IMG/VR virus record: IMGVR_UViG_3300022217_000045
Location: 1-26,304 of that record
Direction: 5' to 3' (one strand)
Source: a virus
Taxonomy: Duplodnaviria > Caudoviricetes
DNA: 26,304 bases
Positions within the stretch are counted from its first letter, which is position 1. Every line of letters starts with the position of its first letter. The notes below the pieces were generated by a model that was given only the letters and a program-made list of their open reading frames with translations, ran no database searches and was not told where the DNA came from. Below, piece after piece: positions 1-8,314 of this stretch. A program made the position numbers and the translations under genes.

Positions 1-124
1 AAAAAGTTAAAAAAAGATTGAATCCAGTTTATGATATGCATACTCATAGCATTGATTTAACAGGCGAATTAGCAACGATGGAGCATGCATTTATAAAGAT
101 ATTAGATAATTAATGGAGGGTGTC

Positions 125-319
125 ATGATTACCAGAATTTGCATGTGTTGCAATCGGGTACTAGGTAAAATAGAAACCGAGCAAACAGGGGATTCACACG
201 GTTTATGTACTCATTGTTATGGACTCATGATAACCGAAGGCGTGATAGACTCTAAAGAGTCGATTGCATTTATCCCGGCAAACACAAGGATTAATAGTTT
301 GAGGAATTACCGATTGTAA
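125..319 (+). CDS. small zinc-finger-like phage protein (CxxC...SHGxCxxC)
   Basis: ORF track 113..319; GGAGGG RBS favours ATG at 125; RICMCC...SHGLCTHC motif typical of small phage proteins. Confidence 0.65.
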   Translation: MITRICMCCNRVLGKIETEQTGDSHGLCTHCYGLMITEGVIDSKESIAFIPANTRINSLRNYRL

Positions 320-462
320 TTTAATAATAGCAGAAAGGGGGTGATATTGGTGTCATGAGGGTAAAGCCTCAATTGTGATAAAACTGCTAAACATCACAAT
401 GACTATGGATTAAAAATATATAAAGAGAAATATCAGGAATGAATTAAATAAGGAGGTCAAAA

Positions 463-612
463 ATGTCACAATACATAGTAAGATGGAAATTCATTCCAAC
501 GGGCGTGACAAATGAAACTAGGCTGATGAGTTTAAAAAAGGCTGAGAGTTTCTTTAAATATTTAAAGCGTTGGCCTGATCATATTCTTTGTTGGATGGAA
601 GAAGATAAATAG
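463..612 (+). CDS. hypothetical phage protein, 49 aa (MSQYIVRW...EEDK)
   Basis: AGGAGG RBS at 451-456, ATG 463, TAG 610-612; below the ORF-track cutoff. Confidence 0.65.
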   Translation: MSQYIVRWKFIPTGVTNETRLMSLKKAESFFKYLKRWPDHILCWMEEDK

Positions 613-623
613 GAGGTAATCAA

Positions 624-779
624 ATGAGCATTATAATTCTTTGGCTTAAATCTTATGGACTATACTTTTTACTATTCGCTATGGCGGTGGGATGGTGGGT
701 AAAGTTGGAATGTAAGCGCCGGAGCCGTGAGGATGCTAAAATGAAGAACCTGGATAGGTATTTTAAGGAGAAAGAATAA
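624..779 (+). CDS. small membrane protein, 51 aa
   Basis: AGGAGG RBS at 611-616; hydrophobic N-half (IILWLKSYGLYFLLFAMAVGWWV) followed by a charged tail. Confidence 0.65.
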   Translation: MSIIILWLKSYGLYFLLFAMAVGWWVKLECKRRSREDAKMKNLDRYFKEKE

Positions 780-958
780 TGTCTGATTATCAAGCACATA
801 ACAGTGCATCTGACAAGAGTGACCCCAGAAACGCCGAGGATTGTTTCTGTGGGCAAGATATTTGTGTTTGTGGTCATGATGAGGATTGTAAATGTGCAGG
901 ATGCAGGAGGCGACAAATGGAAGAAAATACTGATTTAAATATGTGGTTAAATGACTAA
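779..958 (+). CDS. Cys-rich small protein, 59 aa
   Basis: AAGGAG RBS, TAATG coupling to the previous gene; CFC, CVC and CKCxxC motifs. Confidence 0.55.
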   Translation: MSDYQAHNSASDKSDPRNAEDCFCGQDICVCGHDEDCKCAGCRRRQMEENTDLNMWLND

Positions 959-1115
959 AATAACCTGCATACAGCTACCAACCAAAAAAATCACCTTATC
1001 GGAGGCCCGTAAAAGAAAGACTAATTATTGGTGCCGGGGCTGTAAAAACTCTGGAGAGAGCGCAAGGGCTTGCAGAAGAATACAAGTAAGTCGGTGTAGA
1101 AATAACAGACATTGA
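951..1115 (+). CDS. basic Cys-containing hypothetical protein, 54 aa
   Basis: ATG overlaps the end of the previous ORF; open to TGA 1113-1115; WCRGC motif. Confidence 0.4.
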   Translation: MTKITCIQLPTKKITLSEARKRKTNYWCRGCKNSGESARACRRIQVSRCRNNRH

Positions 1116-1141
1116 ACCCACAACTTTAAGAGATTAATTTC

Positions 1142-1170
1142 TTGACTTTCCATACAAGCTATGGCAAGAT
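1142..1170 (+). promoter_or_regulatory. putative sigma70 promoter upstream of the tRNA
   Basis: TTGACT (1142-1147), 17 bp, CAAGAT (1165-1170) preceded by TG; the -10 is imperfect. Confidence 0.4.
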
Positions 1171-1276
1171 GTAATCTTACATACAGTAGTTACGGTACTG
1201 AGCAATAGCATAATTAGTGAATTAACTTCAGAATTATATTTCATTGAAACAAAAATAATTGAGAAGGTAATTACCT

Positions 1277-1324
1277 GAAAAGCCCATTGTGGAAGCCGTA
1301 ACCTTCCCTTTGGGCTTTTCTTTT
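1277..1324 (+). terminator. terminator/attenuator-like hairpin
   Basis: GAAAAGCCCA (1277-1286) pairs TGGGCTTTTC (1311-1320); inner stem GGAAG/CTTCC; followed by TTTT. Confidence 0.55.
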
Positions 1325-1351
1325 GCCTGATAAAATATCGAGTCTTAAAAA

Positions 1352-1438
1352 GGATTGGTCACATAATTGGTATTGTCCCGGATTGTAACTCCGCGGGAGC
1401 TTTTGAGCTTGGAGGTTCGACTCCTCCCCAATCCACCA
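1352..1438 (+). tRNA. tRNA-Tyr (GTA), class II with long variable arm
   Basis: Acceptor GGATTGG/CCAATCC, discriminator A, encoded CCA (1436-1438), D-loop GG, anticodon GTA at 1385-1387, T-arm GGAGG-TTCGACT-CCTCC. Confidence 0.93.
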
Positions 1439-1638
1439 AAAAGAAGCGCCAAGAAGAAGAAAGGAGACGTGAGGCCGAGGCTGAGGAAAATAGACAAGCA
1501 AATAAACGGCATCGGAACAAGATTCATAAAGAGGCAAAAAGTTCTCTGTTGGAACATGGGATATCTGAAGAAGATGCTACAATTTTTGTAAGCATGGTTA
1601 AGGATGGATTAGTTGAACATATAACGATCAATTATTAA
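1439..1638 (+). pseudogene. 5'-truncated remnant of a phage coiled-coil protein (family often mis-annotated TolA-like)
   Basis: Frame reads KKRQEEERRREAEAEENRQANKRHRNKIHKEAKSSLLEHGISEEDATIFVSMVKDGLVEHITINY*, resembling that family's C-terminus; no upstream ATG/GTG/TTG in frame. Confidence 0.6.
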
Positions 1639-1649
1639 TGGAGGGTGCA

Positions 1650-2423
1650 ATGGGAGAGAAAAAAAACGAAATACAGCCAATAGAAAAACCGGAGGAGTCA
1701 AGAGAAGTTGCCCCTCAAATGTCATTGCCTCAAGTTCTGCAATACGCAATTCAAAAGGATGTTGGAGTTGAGCATCTTGAGAAAATGATGGAATTACAGG
1801 AACGGTATGAAGCTAATGAAGCAAAGAAAGCTTATCATATGGCAATGGCTCAATTTAAAGCAAATCCACCAAAAATAAATAAGGATGCTCATGTAAATTA
1901 TAAATCTCAGAAAACAGGGCAAGTAACAGACTATAAACACGCTACTCTTGCGAACGTAACAGATGCAATCAATACTGCTTTAAGCAAACATGGACTTTCT
2001 TCATCCTGGATTCAAGATCAAAACAATGGCAATATCGCTATCACTTGTAAAATCACTCATATCATGGGGCATTCTGAAAGTACGACATTGGCAGCGGCCC
2101 CTGATGCGTCGGGGGGTAAGAATAGTATACAAGCTGTTGGAAGTACCGTAACTTATTTACAGAGATATACTTTACTTTCTTTGACCGGGTTAGCAACTCA
2201 AGAACAAGATGACGATGGAATTGATTCTGAAGCCGAATATATTACAGATGATCAAATTGAAAGAATCAATCTATTGATCGAAAAAACAGAATCAGATTTA
2301 AGTCTATTTTTGTCATTTATGAAGGTTGATAGACTTGATAAAATCTTTGTCTCTGATTACAGGAAAGCAATTTCCGTATTAACAATATCAAGTCCAGTGC
2401 AAGCCAAGGAGAAGCAGTCATGA
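1650..2423 (+). CDS. erf: ERF-family single-strand annealing recombinase
   Basis: YKHATL, IQAVGSTVTYLQRYTL and GLATQEQDDDG motifs; GGAGGG RBS favours ATG 1650 (track start 1638). Confidence 0.9.
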   Translation: MGEKKNEIQPIEKPEESREVAPQMSLPQVLQYAIQKDVGVEHLEKMMELQERYEANEAKKAYHMAMAQFKANPPKINKDAHVNYKSQKTGQVTDYKHATLANVTDAINTALSKHGLSSSWIQDQNNGNIAITCKITHIMGHSESTTLAAAPDASGGKNSIQAVGSTVTYLQRYTLLSLTGLATQEQDDDGIDSEAEYITDDQIERINLLIEKTESDLSLFLSFMKVDRLDKIFVSDYRKAISVLTISSPVQAKEKQS

Positions 2424-3040
2424 TAATTGTCGATATAGAGCAAGGCCATGATGAATGGTTAGATTTACGGGCAGGCATTCCCACAGCTTCAGTATTTGAT
2501 CAAATCATAACATCTCAAGGAATGCCATCAAAGTCACAACAAAAACTTATCTATCGCTTAGCAGGAGAGCGTATATTAGGACATAAAGAGTTAACCTATA
2601 GCAATGCAGCGATGGAAAGGGGGATTGAGCTTGAGGGGGAAGCTAGGGATTGTTTCAAGTTAATTACTGGACTTGATATTGTTGAAGTAGGTCTTTGCTA
2701 TAAAGATGATGATGAAAAAATAGCTTGTTCTCCCGATGGTCTGATAGGTAAACACTGGGAATTTGCTAGGGAAGGTCTTGAAATCAAATGTCCATCGTTA
2801 GCCGTTCATGTTGAATATCTCATTAAAGGGAAATTACCGACAACATATTTCCAACAAATTCAAGGTAGTATGTTTGTGACAGACTGCGAAAAATGGCATT
2901 TCTTTTCTTATCATCCCGGCATGAAGCCATTACACATAATAGTTGAACGCGACGAAATTTGGATAGCTAAGTTTTCAAAGATTATCGATGATTTTTGCAT
3001 GGAACTGGATGAAGTGCATAAATCATTACTAGAAAAGTAG
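2420..3040 (+). CDS. YqaJ/lambda-exonuclease family protein
   Basis: QGHDEWLDLRAGIPTAS, MERGIELE, SPDGL, EIKCP and QIQG motifs; ATGA-coupled to erf. Confidence 0.92.
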   Translation: MIIVDIEQGHDEWLDLRAGIPTASVFDQIITSQGMPSKSQQKLIYRLAGERILGHKELTYSNAAMERGIELEGEARDCFKLITGLDIVEVGLCYKDDDEKIACSPDGLIGKHWEFAREGLEIKCPSLAVHVEYLIKGKLPTTYFQQIQGSMFVTDCEKWHFFSYHPGMKPLHIIVERDEIWIAKFSKIIDDFCMELDEVHKSLLEK

Positions 3041-3091
3041 ATATTAATTTTTAAATGACTGTATAAAGCCAAGAGGATAGGGAGGGAAATA

Positions 3092-3496
3092 ATGAAGAAT
3101 ATTATATTAGCGTTACTTTTAATCGTGTTAATAGGCTGTGCAAATAAACCATGGAACAAGAAAGAGAAAGTCAATGCAGCTATGTTCACAGGATTAGCAA
3201 TTATAGATTGGGGGCAAACAAGAGATATAGTAGACAAAATGTATGATGATTGCGTATATAGTTCAGATGGCACATGGCATTGTAAATATTCACATTATGA
3301 GCGAACAAACTTCATGTTAGGAAAAAAACCAACAATAGGAAAGGTGGACACGTATTTTCCTGTAGCAATTGGCACTATATTAACTATTTCTCATTATCTA
3401 CCAAAATGGCGAAGTAATATATTAAAAGGTGCTGCAACGGTAGAGCTAGGAATAGTGTATGGTAATTATCAAATAGGACTCAATGTTAATTTCTAA
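3092..3496 (+). CDS. predicted lipoprotein
   Basis: GGGAGG RBS; signal peptide with LIGC lipobox; DWGQT and YERTNFMLG motifs. Confidence 0.7.
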   Translation: MKNIILALLLIVLIGCANKPWNKKEKVNAAMFTGLAIIDWGQTRDIVDKMYDDCVYSSDGTWHCKYSHYERTNFMLGKKPTIGKVDTYFPVAIGTILTISHYLPKWRSNILKGAATVELGIVYGNYQIGLNVNF

Positions 3497-3507
3497 AAGG
3501 AGATAAA

Positions 3508-3708
3508 ATGTCAAACTTAATGGAGGCAATGACAGATATAATATTAAATGAACTTTCTGAAAGAACCGAGGCAACAAAAGCGCAATTGAATAAACTCTAT
3601 CGTATATCCGGCCCGAATTGGTTGAGACTTTGCCAAGCATGTGAATTAATTAACCGAGGTTACAATATTGACTATGTAGAAGATCAAATGATATCAGGGG
3701 GGTTATAA
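3508..3708 (+). CDS. hypothetical protein
   Basis: AGGAG RBS; 66 aa ORF. Confidence 0.6.
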   Translation: MSNLMEAMTDIILNELSERTEATKAQLNKLYRISGPNWLRLCQACELINRGYNIDYVEDQMISGGL

Positions 3709-3844
3709 TGCTGATACACAAGACAACGGTATATAATCAAAGAAGGATGGCTACAATATGAGAAAAAGACTAAAAAAGAAGATAGCTAGAAAAAAGATAT
3801 TTGAGTCAATTAATTGGTGGGATGATGATGCAGTGTCTAAATAT

Positions 3845-3873
3845 TTGACACTTTTAAATAAAGGTGATAATAT
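3845..3873 (+). promoter_or_regulatory. sigma70 promoter for the packaging/late operon
   Basis: TTGACA (3845-3850), 17 bp, TAATAT (3868-3873) with extended TG, about 45 bp upstream of terS. Confidence 0.65.
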
Positions 3874-3916
3874 ATGAAATGTCATTAAAGTAAGCTTAAA
3901 TAACAATACTTAAAAT

Positions 3917-4429
3917 ATGAAGAGTGATTTAAACCTCAAACAAACACGCTTTGTAGATGAATATCAAGTTGATCTCAATGCTACAAAGGCAGCGATAAGG
4001 GCCGGATATAGCGAAAAAACTGCGGGCGTACAAGGCCACGAACTCTTAAAAAAACCTAAAATCGCAGCAAAAATCCAAGAAGAATTCCAAAAAAGAGCCA
4101 AAAAAGTTAATCTAACTGCTGAAATGGTAATTAGAGAAATGATGAGGCTTGCCTTTATTAATGTAAAGCACCTTTATGATGATGATGGTAATTTCCTTCC
4201 AATAAAAGACCTTCCGGACGACGTAGCTTGTGCAATATCAGGAGTAGACTTAACAGAGTTGAAAGCTTTAGATGGTGAAGGGGATATAAAAAAGCTAATT
4301 AGTCAAACTAAGAAGATTAAATTTTGGGATAAACGCGCAGCTTTAGAGACGCTAGGGAAACATCTAGGGTTATTTAATGGTGGAGGAGAAACGCCCATTG
4401 ACGAACCTATACCGGATGAGTTTTTATGA
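3917..4429 (+). CDS. terS: terminase small subunit
   Basis: KQTRFVDEY, DLNATKAAIRAGYSEKTA and DKRAALETLGKHLGLF motifs. Confidence 0.95.
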   Translation: MKSDLNLKQTRFVDEYQVDLNATKAAIRAGYSEKTAGVQGHELLKKPKIAAKIQEEFQKRAKKVNLTAEMVIREMMRLAFINVKHLYDDDGNFLPIKDLPDDVACAISGVDLTELKALDGEGDIKKLISQTKKIKFWDKRAALETLGKHLGLFNGGGETPIDEPIPDEFL

Positions 4430-4680
4430 GCAAAGTAATTAAACTATCAGAAGTATCCTGCAATTGCATGCATTGGTCACCTATTGATATGTTAAAAGAG
4501 GCTCAAGAGATTGCAAAGGAAGAGCCAAGATATAAGAAAGCGTTGGTTATTTTTTTGGATGATGACGGAAAGTATGAAAGAAGGAGTTTATATTCATACT
4601 TTCCGAAAACGACAGAGGTTATTGCTTTACTGGAAGTAGTAAAGCAGGATAATATTAATTTGATATTGGAAAGCGAGTAA
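4426..4680 (+). CDS. hypothetical protein
   Basis: ATGA-coupled to terS; 84 aa. Confidence 0.65.
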   Translation: MSKVIKLSEVSCNCMHWSPIDMLKEAQEIAKEEPRYKKALVIFLDDDGKYERRSLYSYFPKTTEVIALLEVVKQDNINLILESE

Positions 4681-4681
4681 T

Positions 4682-4882
4682 ATGAAATATAAAGAATTAG
4701 AAACTTCTAACGATAAGGCTGACAAACTACGATATATTAAGTATGGAGTTAAATTTTTTCAGTGGTTTGATAATCTGCCTGATTATATTTGGTTTCCCTT
4801 GTTTAGTCTTTTTAGTTGTTGTCTCGGTATGTTTCTTGGATATTTCTTTGCTATTAGTAAATGTGGGTGGCATTTGTGGTGA
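4682..4882 (+). CDS. small membrane protein
   Basis: Starts 1 nt after the previous stop; one hydrophobic helix. Confidence 0.5.
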   Translation: MKYKELETSNDKADKLRYIKYGVKFFQWFDNLPDYIWFPLFSLFSCCLGMFLGYFFAISKCGWHLW

Positions 4883-4917
4883 TCTTGAGACATTAAAGAA
4901 TAAATTGGAGGGGAATA

Positions 4918-5148
4918 ATGGAAAACAATAGAATAGAAAAGGCAGCGTTTCAACATTTTTTAACCATAAGTATAAGTAGCTTTTTAATTATGTTGGGGCT
5001 GTCTTTATTAGATTATTCTTATGGCAATAATGTGCAATTACCACTAAGGGTGTTATTTATAGGCGGGCCGTTTTTGGTATGCATAATTTCCGGTACACTT
5101 TCCTTTAGTTGGTACATAAGAATGAAAAAAAATGAGCTTTTGGCGTAA
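4918..5148 (+). CDS. two-helix membrane protein
   Basis: GGAGGGG RBS; two hydrophobic segments. Confidence 0.65.
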   Translation: MENNRIEKAAFQHFLTISISSFLIMLGLSLLDYSYGNNVQLPLRVLFIGGPFLVCIISGTLSFSWYIRMKKNELLA

Positions 5149-6439
5149 AGAAGAACCTGAAATAATACCAGGTAAGTTCCCGATTGTAACAAAAGGGGGA
5201 ATGTTTCCGGCACAGCATGAATGGTGGGAAGATAGATCATTTTATAAGTTTTTACTAGGGGGATATGGCTCGGGAAAATCAAAGGCGTTAGGCAAGAGAA
5301 TGACAGCACTAAGTATTTATAATGCACCTCATCCTTGTATGGTAGTATCACCGACGTACAAAATGGCAAAACGCACCATGATACCAACAATCAAGAAATT
5401 GTTAGACGGTAGGCAGATAACTTATAGATATCATAAATCAGATCATTACTTTACAATTAATTACAAAGGTCACACAGGTACTTTATGGATAGCGTCTGGT
5501 AATGACCCTGATAGTCTTAAAGGCTCAAATCTTGCTGCGGCTGGTATGGATGAGCCTTTTTTAATGAAATATGATGTATTAACGCAATTATCAGCAAGAG
5601 TAAGAGAGCCTAAAGCAAGGCATTCGGAGATTTGCGCGGCTGGCACCCCCGAGGGAATAGGTGGTTGGGGATATGAATTGATCGAGGGAGATATTAACGA
5701 CCCTGAATCACTAAAGGCCCGATACTCACAAAACGGTGGTTTATCGATAAGCAGAGCTAAAACAAGCGAGAATAAAGCCCTTCCTGAACAATATCTTGAT
5801 AATCTCAAAGCGACATATGACACGAGGATGCTACAAGCCTACTTTGATGGCGAATTTGTTGCATTATCTAATCTACTCGTTTATTATAACTTCACAGATG
5901 ACAATATAAAAGATATTGCCGACCCTGGCGGTGAATTGTGTATAGGATTAGATTTCAATGTTGACCCTATGGCTGGAGTAATATTTTGGAAACACGGCCC
6001 TAGAATGCATATCATGGACGAAATAGAGATACCTAATAGTAATACAGAGTATTGGATATCTATGGCGAAAGAGCGGTATGTAGATAAAAATGGGAAGAGT
6101 AGAATTAAGTCAGCATATCCAGACCCGACAGGAAGAAAGAGACAAACGAGCGCACAGGTAGGAACAACAGACTTTACAATTATTAAAAATGCTGGTATTT
6201 CTGTTTATGCGAGAAAACAGCAAGGGGTTAGAGATAGACATAACTCAACTAATAAAAAGCTTGAAGATGGTACACTAACAGTATCGTCTAAATGCAAAAA
6301 GCTTATTAAATATTTTAAATCATCGGCACATGATGATACTGACGATTCAATGACACACTTACTTGATGCCGCCACTTATCCGGTAGCATTTATCTACCCA
6401 ATTAAACGACCTGTATATAGAGGGAATCATTATGTCTGA
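5132..6439 (+). CDS. terL: terminase large subunit
   Basis: Walker A GGYGSGKS, Walker B AGMDE, GTPEG coupling motif, RNase H-like GLDFNVDPM...HLLDAATY. Confidence 0.95.
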   Translation: MSFWRKEEPEIIPGKFPIVTKGGMFPAQHEWWEDRSFYKFLLGGYGSGKSKALGKRMTALSIYNAPHPCMVVSPTYKMAKRTMIPTIKKLLDGRQITYRYHKSDHYFTINYKGHTGTLWIASGNDPDSLKGSNLAAAGMDEPFLMKYDVLTQLSARVREPKARHSEICAAGTPEGIGGWGYELIEGDINDPESLKARYSQNGGLSISRAKTSENKALPEQYLDNLKATYDTRMLQAYFDGEFVALSNLLVYYNFTDDNIKDIADPGGELCIGLDFNVDPMAGVIFWKHGPRMHIMDEIEIPNSNTEYWISMAKERYVDKNGKSRIKSAYPDPTGRKRQTSAQVGTTDFTIIKNAGISVYARKQQGVRDRHNSTNKKLEDGTLTVSSKCKKLIKYFKSSAHDDTDDSMTHLLDAATYPVAFIYPIKRPVYRGNHYV

Positions 6440-7796
6440 TAAATTTAAGAGAAATCCAAAAATAGAAGAAATTTTACCGCGTCTAAAATTCTTTAATGAT
6501 AGTTACAAAGGCGGTCAAGCATATAGAGATGGACGTTATCTCAAGAAACATAGAGTAGAAAGTAGCGAAAGTTATAATGAAAGATTAAAAGTTGCTTCTT
6601 TCAGGAATTTTTGTGCACCGATTGTTGATATTTATACAGCTTATTTGTATAGAGATGAGCCGACAAGGGAATTTGGTAGTATAGAAAAAGAAGTACAGCT
6701 ATTTTTGGAAAATGCTGACTTAGAGGATAGATCATGGAATAAGGTAGTAAGGGAGTTATCAAAACAAGCTAGTAAATATGGCATGATGGGTGCGATTATA
6801 GATAAGCCCCAGGGAGAAGTTAGAACGAAAGCTGATGAAGTGGCACAGGGAATGCGCCCGTACATAGTTCCATATTCGCCTATGCAATTCATTAATTATA
6901 AATATGAACGTATTAATGGCGAGCCTGTATTAACAGAATTGATACTATTGGAAGAATCAGACGATTGCGAAATTAAAAAATATCGCATCTGGTATAGAGA
7001 TAAATGGGAATTGTGGGAAGACTCTACTAGCAAAGCAGGTGGTAAAAGCGAAATAACAATGATAGACAATGGTGTTAATAATTTAGGTGACATACCATTT
7101 GTTTTGATTAAAAACAGGGATATGTTCAAACGGATGCAAGGGTTGTCCGATATTGAAGATATTGTTGATATTAATAGACGTATTTATAATATGGATGGTA
7201 GTGCTGACGAAACCATCGAAAGAACTGGCTATCCCTTTTTAGAGCTACCAAGATCGAGTGTAGATGAAGGAAAAACGCAAATAGGAACAGGTAATCTTAT
7301 CGTAAGAGATGATGATGAAGAAAAGGGAGCAGAATGGAAAGAGCCTCCACATACGTCACTACCTAAAATTTTAGAATGGAGAGAGGCAGCTATTGAAGAT
7401 ATTCGGGAAATGGCAAGAACGGGCAAAATTTCCGGTACACAGATAGAGTCAGGTATAGCATTAGAATTAAGATTTCAGCAATTAAACGCTTTGTTGTCAG
7501 AAAAAGCGGCAAATATGGAACATGCTGAGAATGAAGTATTTAGGTTGTTTGCACTATGGGAAGGTAAAACATGGGATGGAAAAATTACTTATCCGCGTAA
7601 ATTTGGAATCAGGGATTTATTGTATGATCTTGATTTAGCTTTAAAGGCAAATCTTGTTGTGCCTAGTAGAACGTTTGAGTCAGAGCAAGGTAAACGCCTT
7701 GCAGCCAGGATATTAAAGGATGCTGATCAAAAGATAATAGATATAATCGGCAAGGAGCTTGAAACTATCCCTGTTGTTGTTGATGAGGAAATTTAA
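6432..7796 (+). CDS. portal protein (SPP1 gp6-like)
   Basis: Directly after terL; 454 aa; NFCAPIVD, LGDIPFV, GLSDIEDI and SGIALE motifs. Confidence 0.88.
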   Translation: MSDKFKRNPKIEEILPRLKFFNDSYKGGQAYRDGRYLKKHRVESSESYNERLKVASFRNFCAPIVDIYTAYLYRDEPTREFGSIEKEVQLFLENADLEDRSWNKVVRELSKQASKYGMMGAIIDKPQGEVRTKADEVAQGMRPYIVPYSPMQFINYKYERINGEPVLTELILLEESDDCEIKKYRIWYRDKWELWEDSTSKAGGKSEITMIDNGVNNLGDIPFVLIKNRDMFKRMQGLSDIEDIVDINRRIYNMDGSADETIERTGYPFLELPRSSVDEGKTQIGTGNLIVRDDDEEKGAEWKEPPHTSLPKILEWREAAIEDIREMARTGKISGTQIESGIALELRFQQLNALLSEKAANMEHAENEVFRLFALWEGKTWDGKITYPRKFGIRDLLYDLDLALKANLVVPSRTFESEQGKRLAARILKDADQKIIDIIGKELETIPVVVDEEI

Positions 7797-8314
7797 TGGG
7801 CTTCAAAGCGCGAATAATCGGAGCGGATAGCCTACAAAAGAAACTCACTCAGGTAGAGAAAGATCTTTTAACACGTAAGATAATGGGAGCGGTCGCCCTT
7901 GATGCTGTTACATTCATTAAGTCCCGAACTTTGGAAGGGAAAGATGAAAATAATAGGGATTTCAAGGATTATTCAAAAAAGCCTGGATATTTTAAGATAA
8001 GAGGTAAATATAGATATTTTGAAGAAGGGTACTATGATTTTAAACAATCAAGGGGAGGAAGTCATTTTAGTGGTAAGGTCAATTTATTCAATGAAAGCGA
8101 TATGTTTGGAGCATTACAACCAATTAGAGTAACAGATGCCACGGCAATACTAGGATTTACAAAGACTGAAGAAGGGTTGAAAGCTTCAGGTCATCAAAAT
8201 GGAAATCCAGACATTGGTCTGCCGGAAAGAAAATTCTTCGGATTGGGAAGAGAAGGAACTGCAAGAGTCATGAAATTATTAGATAATCATTTGAGTAAAG
8301 TCATTGGCAGATAG
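7796..8314 (+). CDS. phage virion morphogenesis protein (Mu gpG/P2 gpS-like)
   Basis: HQNG...LPERKFFGL C-terminal motif; position in the head module. Confidence 0.7.
   Translation: MGFKARIIGADSLQKKLTQVEKDLLTRKIMGAVALDAVTFIKSRTLEGKDENNRDFKDYSKKPGYFKIRGKYRYFEEGYYDFKQSRGGSHFSGKVNLFNESDMFGALQPIRVTDATAILGFTKTEEGLKASGHQNGNPDIGLPERKFFGLGREGTARVMKLLDNHLSKVIGR

Noticed and set aside
20-110. Second sigma-54 promoter next to the shared 18-bp motif
   Set aside because: I found no TGGCAC-N5-TTGC match at the equivalent position on either strand
1271-1591. Track ORFs 1271..1537(-), 1345..1557(-) and 1367..1591(+)
   Set aside because: They overlap the tRNA and the gene remnant and have no convincing RBS
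1352-1638. tmRNA-like element (tRNA plus start-less reading frame)
   Set aside because: It is a full Tyr cloverleaf with an anticodon arm and no G3-U70 Ala identity; the downstream frame looks like a known protein's C-terminus, not a degradation tag
4743-4931. Alternative-frame membrane ORF
   Set aside because: Overlaps 4682..4882, which is better coupled to the upstream gene; cannot be fully excluded
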